Shown here piece by piece: positions 8,401 through 16,201 of a DNA stretch of 26,802 bases. The notes below the pieces were generated by a model. That model did not search any database and was not told the origin of the DNA. It saw nothing but the letters and a program-made list of their open reading frames with translations. The stretch is from Myxococcota bacterium. GTDB taxonomy: Bacteria > Myxococcota_A > Polyangia > Polyangiales > Sandaracinaceae. Numbering within the stretch: the first letter of the stretch is position 1; the number at the start of each line of letters is the position of its first letter. Both the position numbers and the translations under genes were made by a program. The stretch is from positions 1 through 26,802 of the forward strand of contig JAYZQJ010000205.1 of assembly GCA_036149055.1 (NCBI GenBank), written 5' to 3'.

Positions 8401-10168
8401 GCTCCAGCCGGGCCGCGAGGCGGCGGGCCTCGTCGATCGACGCGGCGACCACGTAGGCGCTGCGGGTGCCCGCCGGCCCGCCGAAGCGGAGGCGGGTGAC
8501 GCCGTCCGGGCCGAGCTCCGCGTCCACGGTGGCCGGCTCGGCGGGGAGGGCGAGCACGCGGGCCGCCCCGCCCCGGGCGACCACCCGGGTGTCGCCGACG
8601 AGCACCCGGGCGCGCACCGAGAGCACGCCGCTCGCGTCCTCGGGGAGCGGCAGGGCGGCGGTGGACTCGCCGGGCGCGAGCACCGCGCGCGCGACCGCCG
8701 ACGAGCCGCGCACCACCGAGACCTCGACCGGCATCCGGGCCGCGGCGCGCACCCGGGCGACCTCGACCTCGAGCGGGCTGCCGCTGACGATCACCGGCCG
8801 GCTCACCCGCACCCGGGCCGCGGCGTCGGGGTCGAGGGGCAGGCACGCGCTCGCCTCGGCGCCGCCCGCGACCTGGTAGGTGAAGGCGGTCGCGGTCTCG
8901 CCGCCGCAGCGATCCTGGGTCGCGTCGGGGCGGCCGGGGAAGCGCAGGTCGAAGGTGACCACGCCGTCGTCGTCGGTGCTGCCGCGCAGGTCGCCGGCCG
9001 GCAGGCGCGGGCCGGTCACGCGGACCGGGACGCCAGCGCCGGCGGGGCGTCCGTCGGGGCCGACCACCCGGATCCAGACCCGGCCGCCGAGCTCCGGGGA
9101 GAGCGCGCCGCCCTCCACCGCGAGCGCGGCCGCGTGGGCGTCGGCGGCGACCCGCACCGGGGCGCTGCCGCTCGCCTGCCCGTAGCCCTCGCGAGTGGCG
9201 GTGACGGTGATCGCGAGATCGCGGATGCCGCTGCCCATCGCCGGCGCGGTCCAGGCGAGCCGGGCCCGGCCGCGCGCGTCGGTGGTGGCGAGCCGGTCCG
9301 TGTCCTCGCGGCGCGCGCCGCCGAGGGTGACGGTGGCGCCCTCGATGGGCCGGCCGTTGCCGCTCCGGACGGCGACCTCGAGCGGCACCCGCTGCCCGGG
9401 GCGCACGAGGGAGGCCTCCGGCGCGACGGCGACCAGGAGCGGGGCCGCGCTCGGCTCGGCGACCTGGGCGCCGGCGGCGACGGTCACCGGGTGGTCGTCG
9501 GCGCCGGCGCGGGCCTCGACGAGCACGCCGCCGCGCACGTCGCGCGGGATCGCGAAGGTGTGGGCGAAGAGCCCGGCCTCGTCGGAGGTGACCTCGGCCG
9601 GGGCGCCGAGGGGGCGGCGCGCCTGATCGCGCAGGGTGAGCCGCACCGTCTGGCCGGCGAGGGGGCGGCCGCTCTCGGCCATCGAGAGGCGACCGAACGC
9701 GCGGAGCGGGCCGCCCGGCGAGACGACGTCGCGCGCGGCGTGCACCTCGATCGCCTCCTTCGGGGTGACCCGCACCGGCAGCTCGAAGCGGCGCTGCACG
9801 TCGCCTGTGCTGACCACCCGGATCACCGCCTGGAAGCCGTCGGGCGCGTCGCCCGGGATCGGCAGCACCACCTCGGCGCGGCCGAGCGCGTCGGTCCGGA
9901 CCTCGCGCTCCTCGGTCTGGGCGAGGCTGGTGGCGACGTAGACGGTCGCGCCCGGCGAGGGCCGCAGATCGCTGAGGCCGAGCACGTCGTAGGCGGTGAC
10001 GAGCCAGCGGATCTCACCGCCGCGCGGCGCGTGGGTGGCGCCCTCGATGCCGAGCTCGACTCCGCTGATCCCGCCGCGGCGGATGCGGACCCGGGCGGAC
10101 TGCGCGTCGGCCGCGCTGGCGAAGAGGAGGAGCGACAAGGTAAGTGTCAGCGTGCGCTTCATCTTCAT
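5480..10168 (-). CDS. Alpha-2-macroglobulin-like (MG-domain) secreted protein B, thioester-less, with a GspG-like insert (1562 aa)
   Basis: Sec signal (AADA|QS); serial MG-type beta-domains; DGWGRPF...ELVSAGPDGRIGSGDDL; C-terminal VVLDLQLPAG; colinear with the upstream paralogue; no CxEQ. Confidence 0.8.
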   Translation of the reverse strand: MKMKRTLTLTLSLLLFASAADAQSARVRIRRGGISGVELGIEGATHAPRGGEIRWLVTAYDVLGLSDLRPSPGATVYVATSLAQTEEREVRTDALGRAEVVLPIPGDAPDGFQAVIRVVSTGDVQRRFELPVRVTPKEAIEVHAARDVVSPGGPLRAFGRLSMAESGRPLAGQTVRLTLRDQARRPLGAPAEVTSDEAGLFAHTFAIPRDVRGGVLVEARAGADDHPVTVAAGAQVAEPSAAPLLVAVAPEASLVRPGQRVPLEVAVRSGNGRPIEGATVTLGGARREDTDRLATTDARGRARLAWTAPAMGSGIRDLAITVTATREGYGQASGSAPVRVAADAHAAALAVEGGALSPELGGRVWIRVVGPDGRPAGAGVPVRVTGPRLPAGDLRGSTDDDGVVTFDLRFPGRPDATQDRCGGETATAFTYQVAGGAEASACLPLDPDAAARVRVSRPVIVSGSPLEVEVARVRAAARMPVEVSVVRGSSAVARAVLAPGESTAALPLPEDASGVLSVRARVLVGDTRVVARGGAARVLALPAEPATVDAELGPDGVTRLRFGGPAGTRSAYVVAASIDEARRLAARLERESPLGDLRRGLGEARDPLLFAALAAHTTSDVAAPTVLRGGRPIAEPAPADPTEVALLNDPWRTRARFVTGRLALIFRALEAYVGQSIPERLDDVAVQGPRGFTFNQQILESVAESGSLGAAGATGLGGDPLTIEQLQRFDPQLTYDNVARRITRERLFRLLLALRHFVQGHGFDLPWSRLGDPSEWIRQLQGQPVPGVGAVSQQMLVDGWGRPFRLVPSRGRSRFTFVDPLGAWELVSAGPDGRIGSGDDLVDPTRRILRSGTPFAEAVGEDLLVARLEGMELGRASVELLQQAEPQARVGGVPHQASAPAAQLAIQLWTSLPTVFDPPADPLALRRPAHPGDGAGGQLVRVPATGGEVRLAFDEEPRTWGAVALAYTDAGWGAVDVASTLAGAPLIVESEVRETLRLFAGDPVRLEVVVTNVTDAPQPLRLEAEGLALRADAPDELVLAAGEATTFPVSITPADAPARGALSLSFLDPQGQAVRRARWPARVVSGDHPLRLRSAGLVRERPWRLSFSVPADARRAAGRVVLLAPDALAADPDLADVREEDPALVAFSNALAGRRSDPALWARLLRMQDPSGLVEGRVPALSSAAAAVAWASADAHDADARQALARVRVALLGQGSFSIADGDSLARASATLAALAAGGVPAVDGSGDPLARLASQLRRELRRTLRVHPAEPSLLARAAAALLLADPRDAYGRAMLERAAERLEPTSDGGARVAPTEARDDGAESVSATLALAIAAHQAGDAALSARLLRGGLARDHVAVRAGGEPLFWLLASGAYGALGAEPARVAVTIDGERRELDLSEGRAVLPFTPGAGSHRVVVEPLAGSAFVRVEAAMERPFEARQDGPLALSIDGDAGDGTTLAALELTVTATEAAQDVVLDLQLPAGVEATDALLAALGRSARAVEVREPGFLRLHLGPMPAETTRAIPLPLAFTVRGELRGLGAIAYPLGRPEAMTVLSPRVL

Positions 10169-10172
10169 GATC

Positions 10173-13100
10173 TCAGCCCTCCTCCGGCACGAGGCGCTCG
10201 AGGAGCGGGATGGGGGGAGGCAACACGGGGGGATCGTCCGAGCGCTCGGCGTCGGGGGCCTCGGGCTCGGGGCCCTCGTCGGGCAGCTCGAGGGCGCGCG
10301 AGGGGAGGATGGCGACCGGGAGGACCTCGGCGGTCTCCGGCCCGAGCGCGTCGTAGGCGACCGCGCCGAGCCCGCGCAGGGTGCCGCCGACCGCCCAGCG
10401 CACGGGCAGCGGGAGGCGGACCCAGGCGGCGGGGGCGAGCGGGCGCAGCGGGAGGATCAGCGTGCGCCCCTCCTGGTGGGCGTCGCCGGCGAGGTGGGCG
10501 GCGAGCGCCTCGCGGGTCGGCTCGTCGAGCTCGGCCCCGGCGGGCAGCTCGACCTCGATCACCGGCCGGGTGAGGATGCGGGGGCCGCGGTTCTGGACCC
10601 GGAGCGCGACCCCGGAGCGGGTGTCGCGCGCGCCGAGCTCGCCCTCGATCGAGAGCGCGATCGGCGCCTCGCGCCGCGGCGCCGCGTCCCAGGGGAGGCC
10701 GTAGCTCACCGACAGGTGGGCGAGCGCGACCGCGCCCTCGGGCACGGTGATCTCGAGCGCGTGCGCGCCCGGCGTCCCGAGGCGCTCCAGGGTGGCGACG
10801 GCGACCGCGCCCTCCCGGTCGAGCGCCACCGGCCGGCCGTCGAGGCGGACCTCGGCGGCCTCGACGCCCGGGGCGAGGCGACCGGCGGCCGCGCTGGCGA
10901 GGGCGAGCTCGAGGCCCTGGAACCACGGCGGCGGCAGCACGTCGCGGCGCAGGTCGATCGGGCGCGGCGCGGTGAGGTGCATGTCCACCAGGCTGCGCAG
11001 GAGCGCGAGCGCCTCGGCGCGCTGGCCGAGGGCGAGGCGGGCGAGCGCGAGGAGCGCGGTGGGCTGGGCGCGCGGCTCGGGGCCTCGCTCGGCCTCGGGC
11101 TCCACCCAGGCCATGTCGCCCACCCGGATCACGTGGCGCTCGGCCCGGCGCGCCATCTCGGCGGCGCGGCTCCGGTCCTCGCCGTCGAGCGCGAGGGCGG
11201 CGGCGGCGCGGGCCCAGACGAGGGGGGCGTCGGTGGCGCTCGCGGCGTGCCCGGAGGCGAGCCGGCGGACCCGGTCGCGGGTGCGGGCGAGGTCCTCGCG
11301 GAGGGCGGGCCGGCGCGCGCCGTCGATCGGCGAGAGCGCGAGCAGCAGCCAGGCCGGCTCGTCGCCGAACGCGGCCGGCTCGATCTCGCGCAGCACCTCG
11401 TCGGCCGGGAGGCGCTGGCTGACCGCGCGCAGGGCGCGGGCGGCGTCCTCGTCGCTCACCCGGTCGTCGGCCCAGAGCGCGGCGAGCGCGAGCGCGCTGC
11501 GGAGCGGGTCGCGGAGGCGCTCGCGGCCGTGGTCTTCGTAGGTCAGCCACTCCAGCGCCGACGCGTCGACCGCCTCGGGGAGCGGCTGGCCGCCCATGGT
11601 GAAGGCCCACGCGGCCCAGAGCGGGTCCCCCTGCGCCGGGTCGCCGAAGAGGTGCGCGCCGACGGTGAGCCGGAGCTGGCCGGGGCCGCGGGCGCTGGCC
11701 TCGGCCGGGACCTCGACGTCGAGCGTCTGCGCGCCTTCGACCAGGCGGATGCGGCGGTCCCGCGCGGTGCGGGCGTCGGCGAGCACCCGGATCGGGCGGC
11801 GCACCGCGTCGAGCGCCTCGCCGCTCTCGCGGGCCACGCTCACCACCAGGGCGCCCTCGCCTTCGCCGGAGAAGCGGACCTGGGCGACGATCTCCTCGGC
11901 CGCGTTCGCCGGGATCTCGGCCGGCTGCGGCTCGGGGGCGGGGAAGCGGAGGTCCCCCTCGGACTCGATCAGGAGCCTCACCCGCATCGCCTCGTCGGTG
12001 CGGTTCTCGACCCGGATCGGGAGCCGGATCAGGTCACCCGCGGTGGCGGTCTCGGGGATCGGCGCGTCGATCAGGACCTCCTGGTCCACCGACAGCCGGC
12101 CCATCGCGCTGGTGGTCCAGCCGGTCGCGGTCCAGGCGATCGCCTCGAGGCGGTAGGTGGTGAGCGCGTCGGCGAGCGGGACCTCGACGGTGGTCGCGCC
12201 GCCCTCGAGCGGGACCTGGCCGACGTAGAAGAGGGTGGCCGGGAAGTCCTCGCGGATGAGCGCGCCCATCGCCTGCGCGCGGTCTTCGCGTCGGCCGTCC
12301 CCGTCGTCTTCGTCCTCCTCCATCGGCTCCGCCTCGAGATCGAAGGCCTCGTCGGCGGCGACCTCGGCCCGGGCCGTCGCCCGGCGTCGACCAGCCTGCA
12401 CGGGCATCGGCGCCGCCGCGGGCATGCCGCCGGTCGCGCCTTCGCCGCCCCCGCCGTTGTCGTACCCCAGCGTGTTCATCTCCAGCAGCAGGTCGTCCGA
12501 CACCTCGCTGCCCGAGGCCGACACCGGGCCCTGCTGCTGCTCCTCGTAGGCGGCGAGCGAGAGCCGGTCGTAGGCCTGCGACATGCGGGTGAGCACGTGC
12601 GAGGCCGGGGCGAGGGCCGCGAAGCGCCGCATGAGGTGCTCCTCGCCGCTCGACACCGCGTAGGGCGTGCCCTCGGGCACCGCGCGGGCGAACGGGTCGC
12701 GCACGTCGTCGGCGCTGCCGAGTCGGCCGTCGGGGCCGGGCGAGGCGAGCTCCCATTCGAGGGCCCGCTCGCTGAGCGCGATCGCCGGCCGACCGCTCAC
12801 CCGGCGGAACACGTAGGCGTGGCCCCACGGGTCGACGAGATCGCTCGAGGGCACCATGCCGAGCTGCACCAGGGTGCCGAGCCAGCGCTCGGGGGGCAGG
12901 TTGGCGCTCGACCGCTGCGCGTTGCGGTCGTCGGGATCGGTCAGGCGCAGGAGCGCGAGGAGCAACCGCGAGAGCCGCTCGCGGGCGACCCGCCGGGCCA
13001 CCGCGTCGAACGAGAAGCCGGGGTCGGCTCGCTCGATCATCGCCACCGTGATCGGCTCGCCGCCCAGGGTCCGGGCCTGCCCGTCCGAGAGCTGCCGGGC

Positions 13101-15323
13101 CGCGACCAGGTGGGCGACGACGTCGGGGTGGAAGCCGCGGCCGCTGACGATCGGGGCCCGCGCCGCCGCGTCCGGCCCCATGGCGCGCACCGCGCCCTCG
13201 AGGGCGCGCTCGATCGGCGCGAGGCCCCGGCGGAGCAGCTCCTCGCGCAGCGCCACCGGGTCGCGCAGCACCCCGCGCCCCACCTGCCGGCCGGGGTGAT
13301 ACGGGGCGTGGTGCGAGCGGCGCCAGTAGGGCGGCTCGAGCGGCGCCGGCGCGGGCGGCTCGGGGTCGATCGAGAGCATGCCGCTCAGCGACGCCCGGAG
13401 CAGCCGCGCGTTCACCGCGTCGCTCGGCCGCTGGGCCGCCTCGTGCAGCGCGCCGCTCATCCAGCGCAGGTCCCAGGGCCCCTCGCCCCCGTGCGCCGCC
13501 TCGTCCCGCACCAGGAGCGCGGCCCACCCGGAGGCGCCGCCCTCGGAGGCCTGCAGCCCGACGCGCGCCGTCTCGCGCACGAGGTAGCGCTCCCGCTCGG
13601 GCGCGACCTGGAGGCCGAAGGCGCCGCGCGGCCGCACGATCACCGCGTCGAGCGCGCCCACCCCGAACGCCACCGCGCCCGGCTCGTCGGCCGGCGCGCT
13701 CGTGTTCTCGAGCTGCGCGGCGCGGGCCCGCACGTGCACCACGCCCACCAGGTCGGCCGGCAGATCCAGGGTGGCCCGGCTCGCCCGCCCGGCGATCCAG
13801 GCGGCCGCGATCGCCCGGCCCGAGAAGAGCGCCTCGACCAGGACCGTGCGCCCGCGCGCCTGCGGCCGCCGGCTCACCTCCACCGTCAGCGCCGCGCCCG
13901 CGTCGACGATCGGCGCGCCGACCACCTCGACGTTCAGGGCCGCGTCCGCGCTCACCGCCGCGCAGACCCGGCTCGTGCGCGGGGGATCGGTCTGCACCTC
14001 GACCTCGAAGCTGGTCGCCACCTGGCCCGCGCAGTCGCCGCCGTTCATGCGCGCCGCCGCGCCGCGGGGCAGGGTCATCGCGACCTCGGCGAAGCCCTTG
14101 GCGTCGACCCGGGCGGTCTGCCGGCCGCCCCGGAGCCCCGGCCCGCGCACCTCGATCTCGGTGCCCTCGCGCAGCGGGCGCCCGCGCGGATCGCTGACGC
14201 TCACGTACACGGTGGACGGCACCTCGGGCACCAGCGCGCCGCCGCGCGGGGTCGCGCTGACGATCACCGGGGTGCGCGCCATCAGGTAGCGCGTCTGCAC
14301 GGTGATCGTGCCGTGAGCCGCGTGCACGATGCGCGCGACCATCGTCTGGCTGCCCACCTCGCCGCTGAGGAAGGCGGGGGCGCTGACCTCGAACCGGGCC
14401 GCCCCGTCCGCGCCGGTGTCGAGCGTGATCGGCGCCGCGCCCGGCTGCACCCGCAGCTCGACCGACGCGCCGCGCACCGGGGTGCCGCTGGGGGTCCGCG
14501 CGATCACCCGCCCGCGCAGCGTGCCGCCCGGCGCCACGAGGGCGACGCCGTCGTCATCGGCCCCGCGCACCTCGATCTCGCCGAGCAGCCGCTCGACCGT
14601 GCGCCGCCACACCTGCACCACGCGCTGCGCCACCACGCCCGGCGCGTCGAGCAGCTCCGCTTGCACGCGATAGGCGCCTGGCTCGGCGCCCTCGGGCAAG
14701 GTCAGGCTGGGGTGCACCGCGCCGCTCGCGCCGGTGGTCTCCTCGGCGGTCCCGATCGGCTGCCCGCGGGTGTCGAAGAGGGTCAGCTTCACCCGCTGGC
14801 CGGCTCGCGGGGAGGGGTCACGGTCGCCGCGCACCCGGAGCCAGGTCCGCACCTGCTCGCCCGGCTGGTAGCGGTTGCGGTCGGTCAGCAGATCGAGCGC
14901 GAGGTCGGCCTGCGCGTGGAGCGGGAAGCGGAAGAGCCGCCCGGGCTGGCCGGGCCGGTGCAGCGTCAGCTCGAGCTGTGGGCTCGCGAGCGCGGCGTCC
15001 GGCAGATCGACCGAGAGGGTGAAGCGGCCGCCGGCCTCGGTGCGCGCCTGGCTCCGGGCCACCGTCTGGCGGTCGCGCCCGACCCGGTGGGTGATCTCGA
15101 GGTCCACCTCGAGGCCGGCGCGAGGCTGCAGGTCGGCGAGCCCGCTCACCTCGTAGCCGATCCCGGTGAGCGTCAGCGCGTGCCCGCGCTCTCCGTGGGT
15201 CGCCCCGGTCAGGGCCAGCTCGACGCCGGCGGGCGCCCCGGAGGCTGCGGGCTCGGCGTGCTGGGCGTGCGAGACGGCGCTCCCGGCGAGGAGCGCGGCG
15301 GTGAAAGCGAAGACGCGGCGCAT
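10173..15323 (-). CDS. Alpha-2-macroglobulin family secreted protein A, thioester-less, with a GspG-like insert (1716 aa)
   Basis: Sec signal MRRVFAF...VSHA|QH; MG2 motif LLTDRNRYQPGEQV; ALLVRDEA; disordered bait region; IREDFPATL...LADALTTYRLEAIA (A2M domain); DPWGHAY...ELASPGPDGRLGSADDV; IEVELPAG; no CxEQ. Confidence 0.88.
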   Translation of the reverse strand: MRRVFAFTAALLAGSAVSHAQHAEPAASGAPAGVELALTGATHGERGHALTLTGIGYEVSGLADLQPRAGLEVDLEITHRVGRDRQTVARSQARTEAGGRFTLSVDLPDAALASPQLELTLHRPGQPGRLFRFPLHAQADLALDLLTDRNRYQPGEQVRTWLRVRGDRDPSPRAGQRVKLTLFDTRGQPIGTAEETTGASGAVHPSLTLPEGAEPGAYRVQAELLDAPGVVAQRVVQVWRRTVERLLGEIEVRGADDDGVALVAPGGTLRGRVIARTPSGTPVRGASVELRVQPGAAPITLDTGADGAARFEVSAPAFLSGEVGSQTMVARIVHAAHGTITVQTRYLMARTPVIVSATPRGGALVPEVPSTVYVSVSDPRGRPLREGTEIEVRGPGLRGGRQTARVDAKGFAEVAMTLPRGAAARMNGGDCAGQVATSFEVEVQTDPPRTSRVCAAVSADAALNVEVVGAPIVDAGAALTVEVSRRPQARGRTVLVEALFSGRAIAAAWIAGRASRATLDLPADLVGVVHVRARAAQLENTSAPADEPGAVAFGVGALDAVIVRPRGAFGLQVAPERERYLVRETARVGLQASEGGASGWAALLVRDEAAHGGEGPWDLRWMSGALHEAAQRPSDAVNARLLRASLSGMLSIDPEPPAPAPLEPPYWRRSHHAPYHPGRQVGRGVLRDPVALREELLRRGLAPIERALEGAVRAMGPDAAARAPIVSGRGFHPDVVAHLVAARQLSDGQARTLGGEPITVAMIERADPGFSFDAVARRVARERLSRLLLALLRLTDPDDRNAQRSSANLPPERWLGTLVQLGMVPSSDLVDPWGHAYVFRRVSGRPAIALSERALEWELASPGPDGRLGSADDVRDPFARAVPEGTPYAVSSGEEHLMRRFAALAPASHVLTRMSQAYDRLSLAAYEEQQQGPVSASGSEVSDDLLLEMNTLGYDNGGGGEGATGGMPAAAPMPVQAGRRRATARAEVAADEAFDLEAEPMEEDEDDGDGRREDRAQAMGALIREDFPATLFYVGQVPLEGGATTVEVPLADALTTYRLEAIAWTATGWTTSAMGRLSVDQEVLIDAPIPETATAGDLIRLPIRVENRTDEAMRVRLLIESEGDLRFPAPEPQPAEIPANAAEEIVAQVRFSGEGEGALVVSVARESGEALDAVRRPIRVLADARTARDRRIRLVEGAQTLDVEVPAEASARGPGQLRLTVGAHLFGDPAQGDPLWAAWAFTMGGQPLPEAVDASALEWLTYEDHGRERLRDPLRSALALAALWADDRVSDEDAARALRAVSQRLPADEVLREIEPAAFGDEPAWLLLALSPIDGARRPALREDLARTRDRVRRLASGHAASATDAPLVWARAAAALALDGEDRSRAAEMARRAERHVIRVGDMAWVEPEAERGPEPRAQPTALLALARLALGQRAEALALLRSLVDMHLTAPRPIDLRRDVLPPPWFQGLELALASAAAGRLAPGVEAAEVRLDGRPVALDREGAVAVATLERLGTPGAHALEITVPEGAVALAHLSVSYGLPWDAAPRREAPIALSIEGELGARDTRSGVALRVQNRGPRILTRPVIEVELPAGAELDEPTREALAAHLAGDAHQEGRTLILPLRPLAPAAWVRLPLPVRWAVGGTLRGLGAVAYDALGPETAEVLPVAILPSRALELPDEGPEPEAPDAERSDDPPVLPPPIPLLERLVPEEG

Positions 15324-15390
15324 GTCCCCCCTCTGACGCATCGGACGCGTCGAAGTTTTGAGGCTCATACCATGGCGCTATCCTTGGCGC

Positions 15391-15816
15391 GTGTTCGGAG
15401 CCGCCGTCGATCCCGCCAAAGACCTCGCGGTCTGCGTCTTCCATGGGGACCACAACCGCGACGCGGACTACCAGGCGTACGTCGACTGGCTGGCCGAGCT
15501 CCTCGTCCGCTACGCCGACCGCCCCAAGCCGGTCCTCGTGCAGATGGTCGATCGCGGCAACCCGGTGCCCAACGCGAAGTGGCGCATCCGGATCGCGGAG
15601 GTCACCAAGGCGGTCCCCGAGCACGTCCTCTTCGTGCTCGTCAGCGACTCCACCCTGGTCCGCGGCGCCGCCCTCGCCATCGGCTGGATCGCCCCCCGCG
15701 CCTACACGATGAAGGTCTGCGCGAGCCCCGACGAGGCGGCCCGCGAGGTCGAGTCCTTCCGCGGCGAGCCGGTCCCCCAGCTCATCGATCTCCTCGAGCG
15801 CGCTCGCGCGTCCTGA
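15391..15816 (+). CDS. STAS/SEC14 (SpoIIAA-like) domain protein
   Basis: Pattern PNAKWRxRIAE...VLVSDSTLVRGAALAIGW...KVCASPDEA is typical of this family; start probably GTG 15391 (ORF track 15358). Confidence 0.65.
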   Translation: MFGAAVDPAKDLAVCVFHGDHNRDADYQAYVDWLAELLVRYADRPKPVLVQMVDRGNPVPNAKWRIRIAEVTKAVPEHVLFVLVSDSTLVRGAALAIGWIAPRAYTMKVCASPDEAAREVESFRGEPVPQLIDLLERARAS

Positions 15817-15817
15817 T

Positions 15818-16144
15818 TCAACGGACTCGGAGCTGCATGCTGCAGCTGGAGGGGAACGTGGTGCTCGGGTCGTCGAACTCGGCGCAGGTGAGGCCGTCGA
15901 CGTAGGGGAGGCAGCTGTCGTAGAAGGCGGCCTCGTCGCGGAGCTCGACGACTTCGCCGCACCCACGGTTGGCGGTGGCGGCGTTCTCCGCGGCCTGCTC
16001 GTTGACGGCGCGGTCGAGGCCGCAGCGCTCGGCGACGTCGCCGATGGTGGTGACGAAGTCACGGCAGCCGACCTCGCCCACGCTGGACGAGCAGCCGGCG
16101 GCGAGGGTGAGCGAGAGCAGCGCGATCTGGAGCGAGCGGGTCAT
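15818..16144 (-). CDS. Cys-rich lipoprotein (108 aa), candidate periplasmic immunity protein
   Basis: GAGGAGG RBS before ATG 16144; lipobox LAAG-C; six further Cys; last gene of the minus-strand vgrG run. Confidence 0.75.
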   Translation of the reverse strand: MTRSLQIALLSLTLAAGCSSSVGEVGCRDFVTTIGDVAERCGLDRAVNEQAAENAATANRGCGEVVELRDEAAFYDSCLPYVDGLTCAEFDDPSTTFPSSCSMQLRVR

Positions 16145-16201
16145 GGTCTTCCTCCTCGAGGGCGAGACCACCACGCGTGCGACCGTGCGTCAAGGAGGTT
16201 G

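Noticed and set aside
7640..13000. Calling the large genes gspG or a T2SS locus
   Set aside because: The GspG-like segment is internal, with no prepilin GFxLxE motif, and there are no other T2SS genes.
4910..15905. Giant + strand ORFs (1887 aa, 1969 aa) and other long Arg/Gly/Ala/Pro-rich ORFs such as 19477..22416 and 5385..8846
   Set aside because: Antisense or off-frame shadows of real genes, expected in very GC-rich DNA; no motifs.
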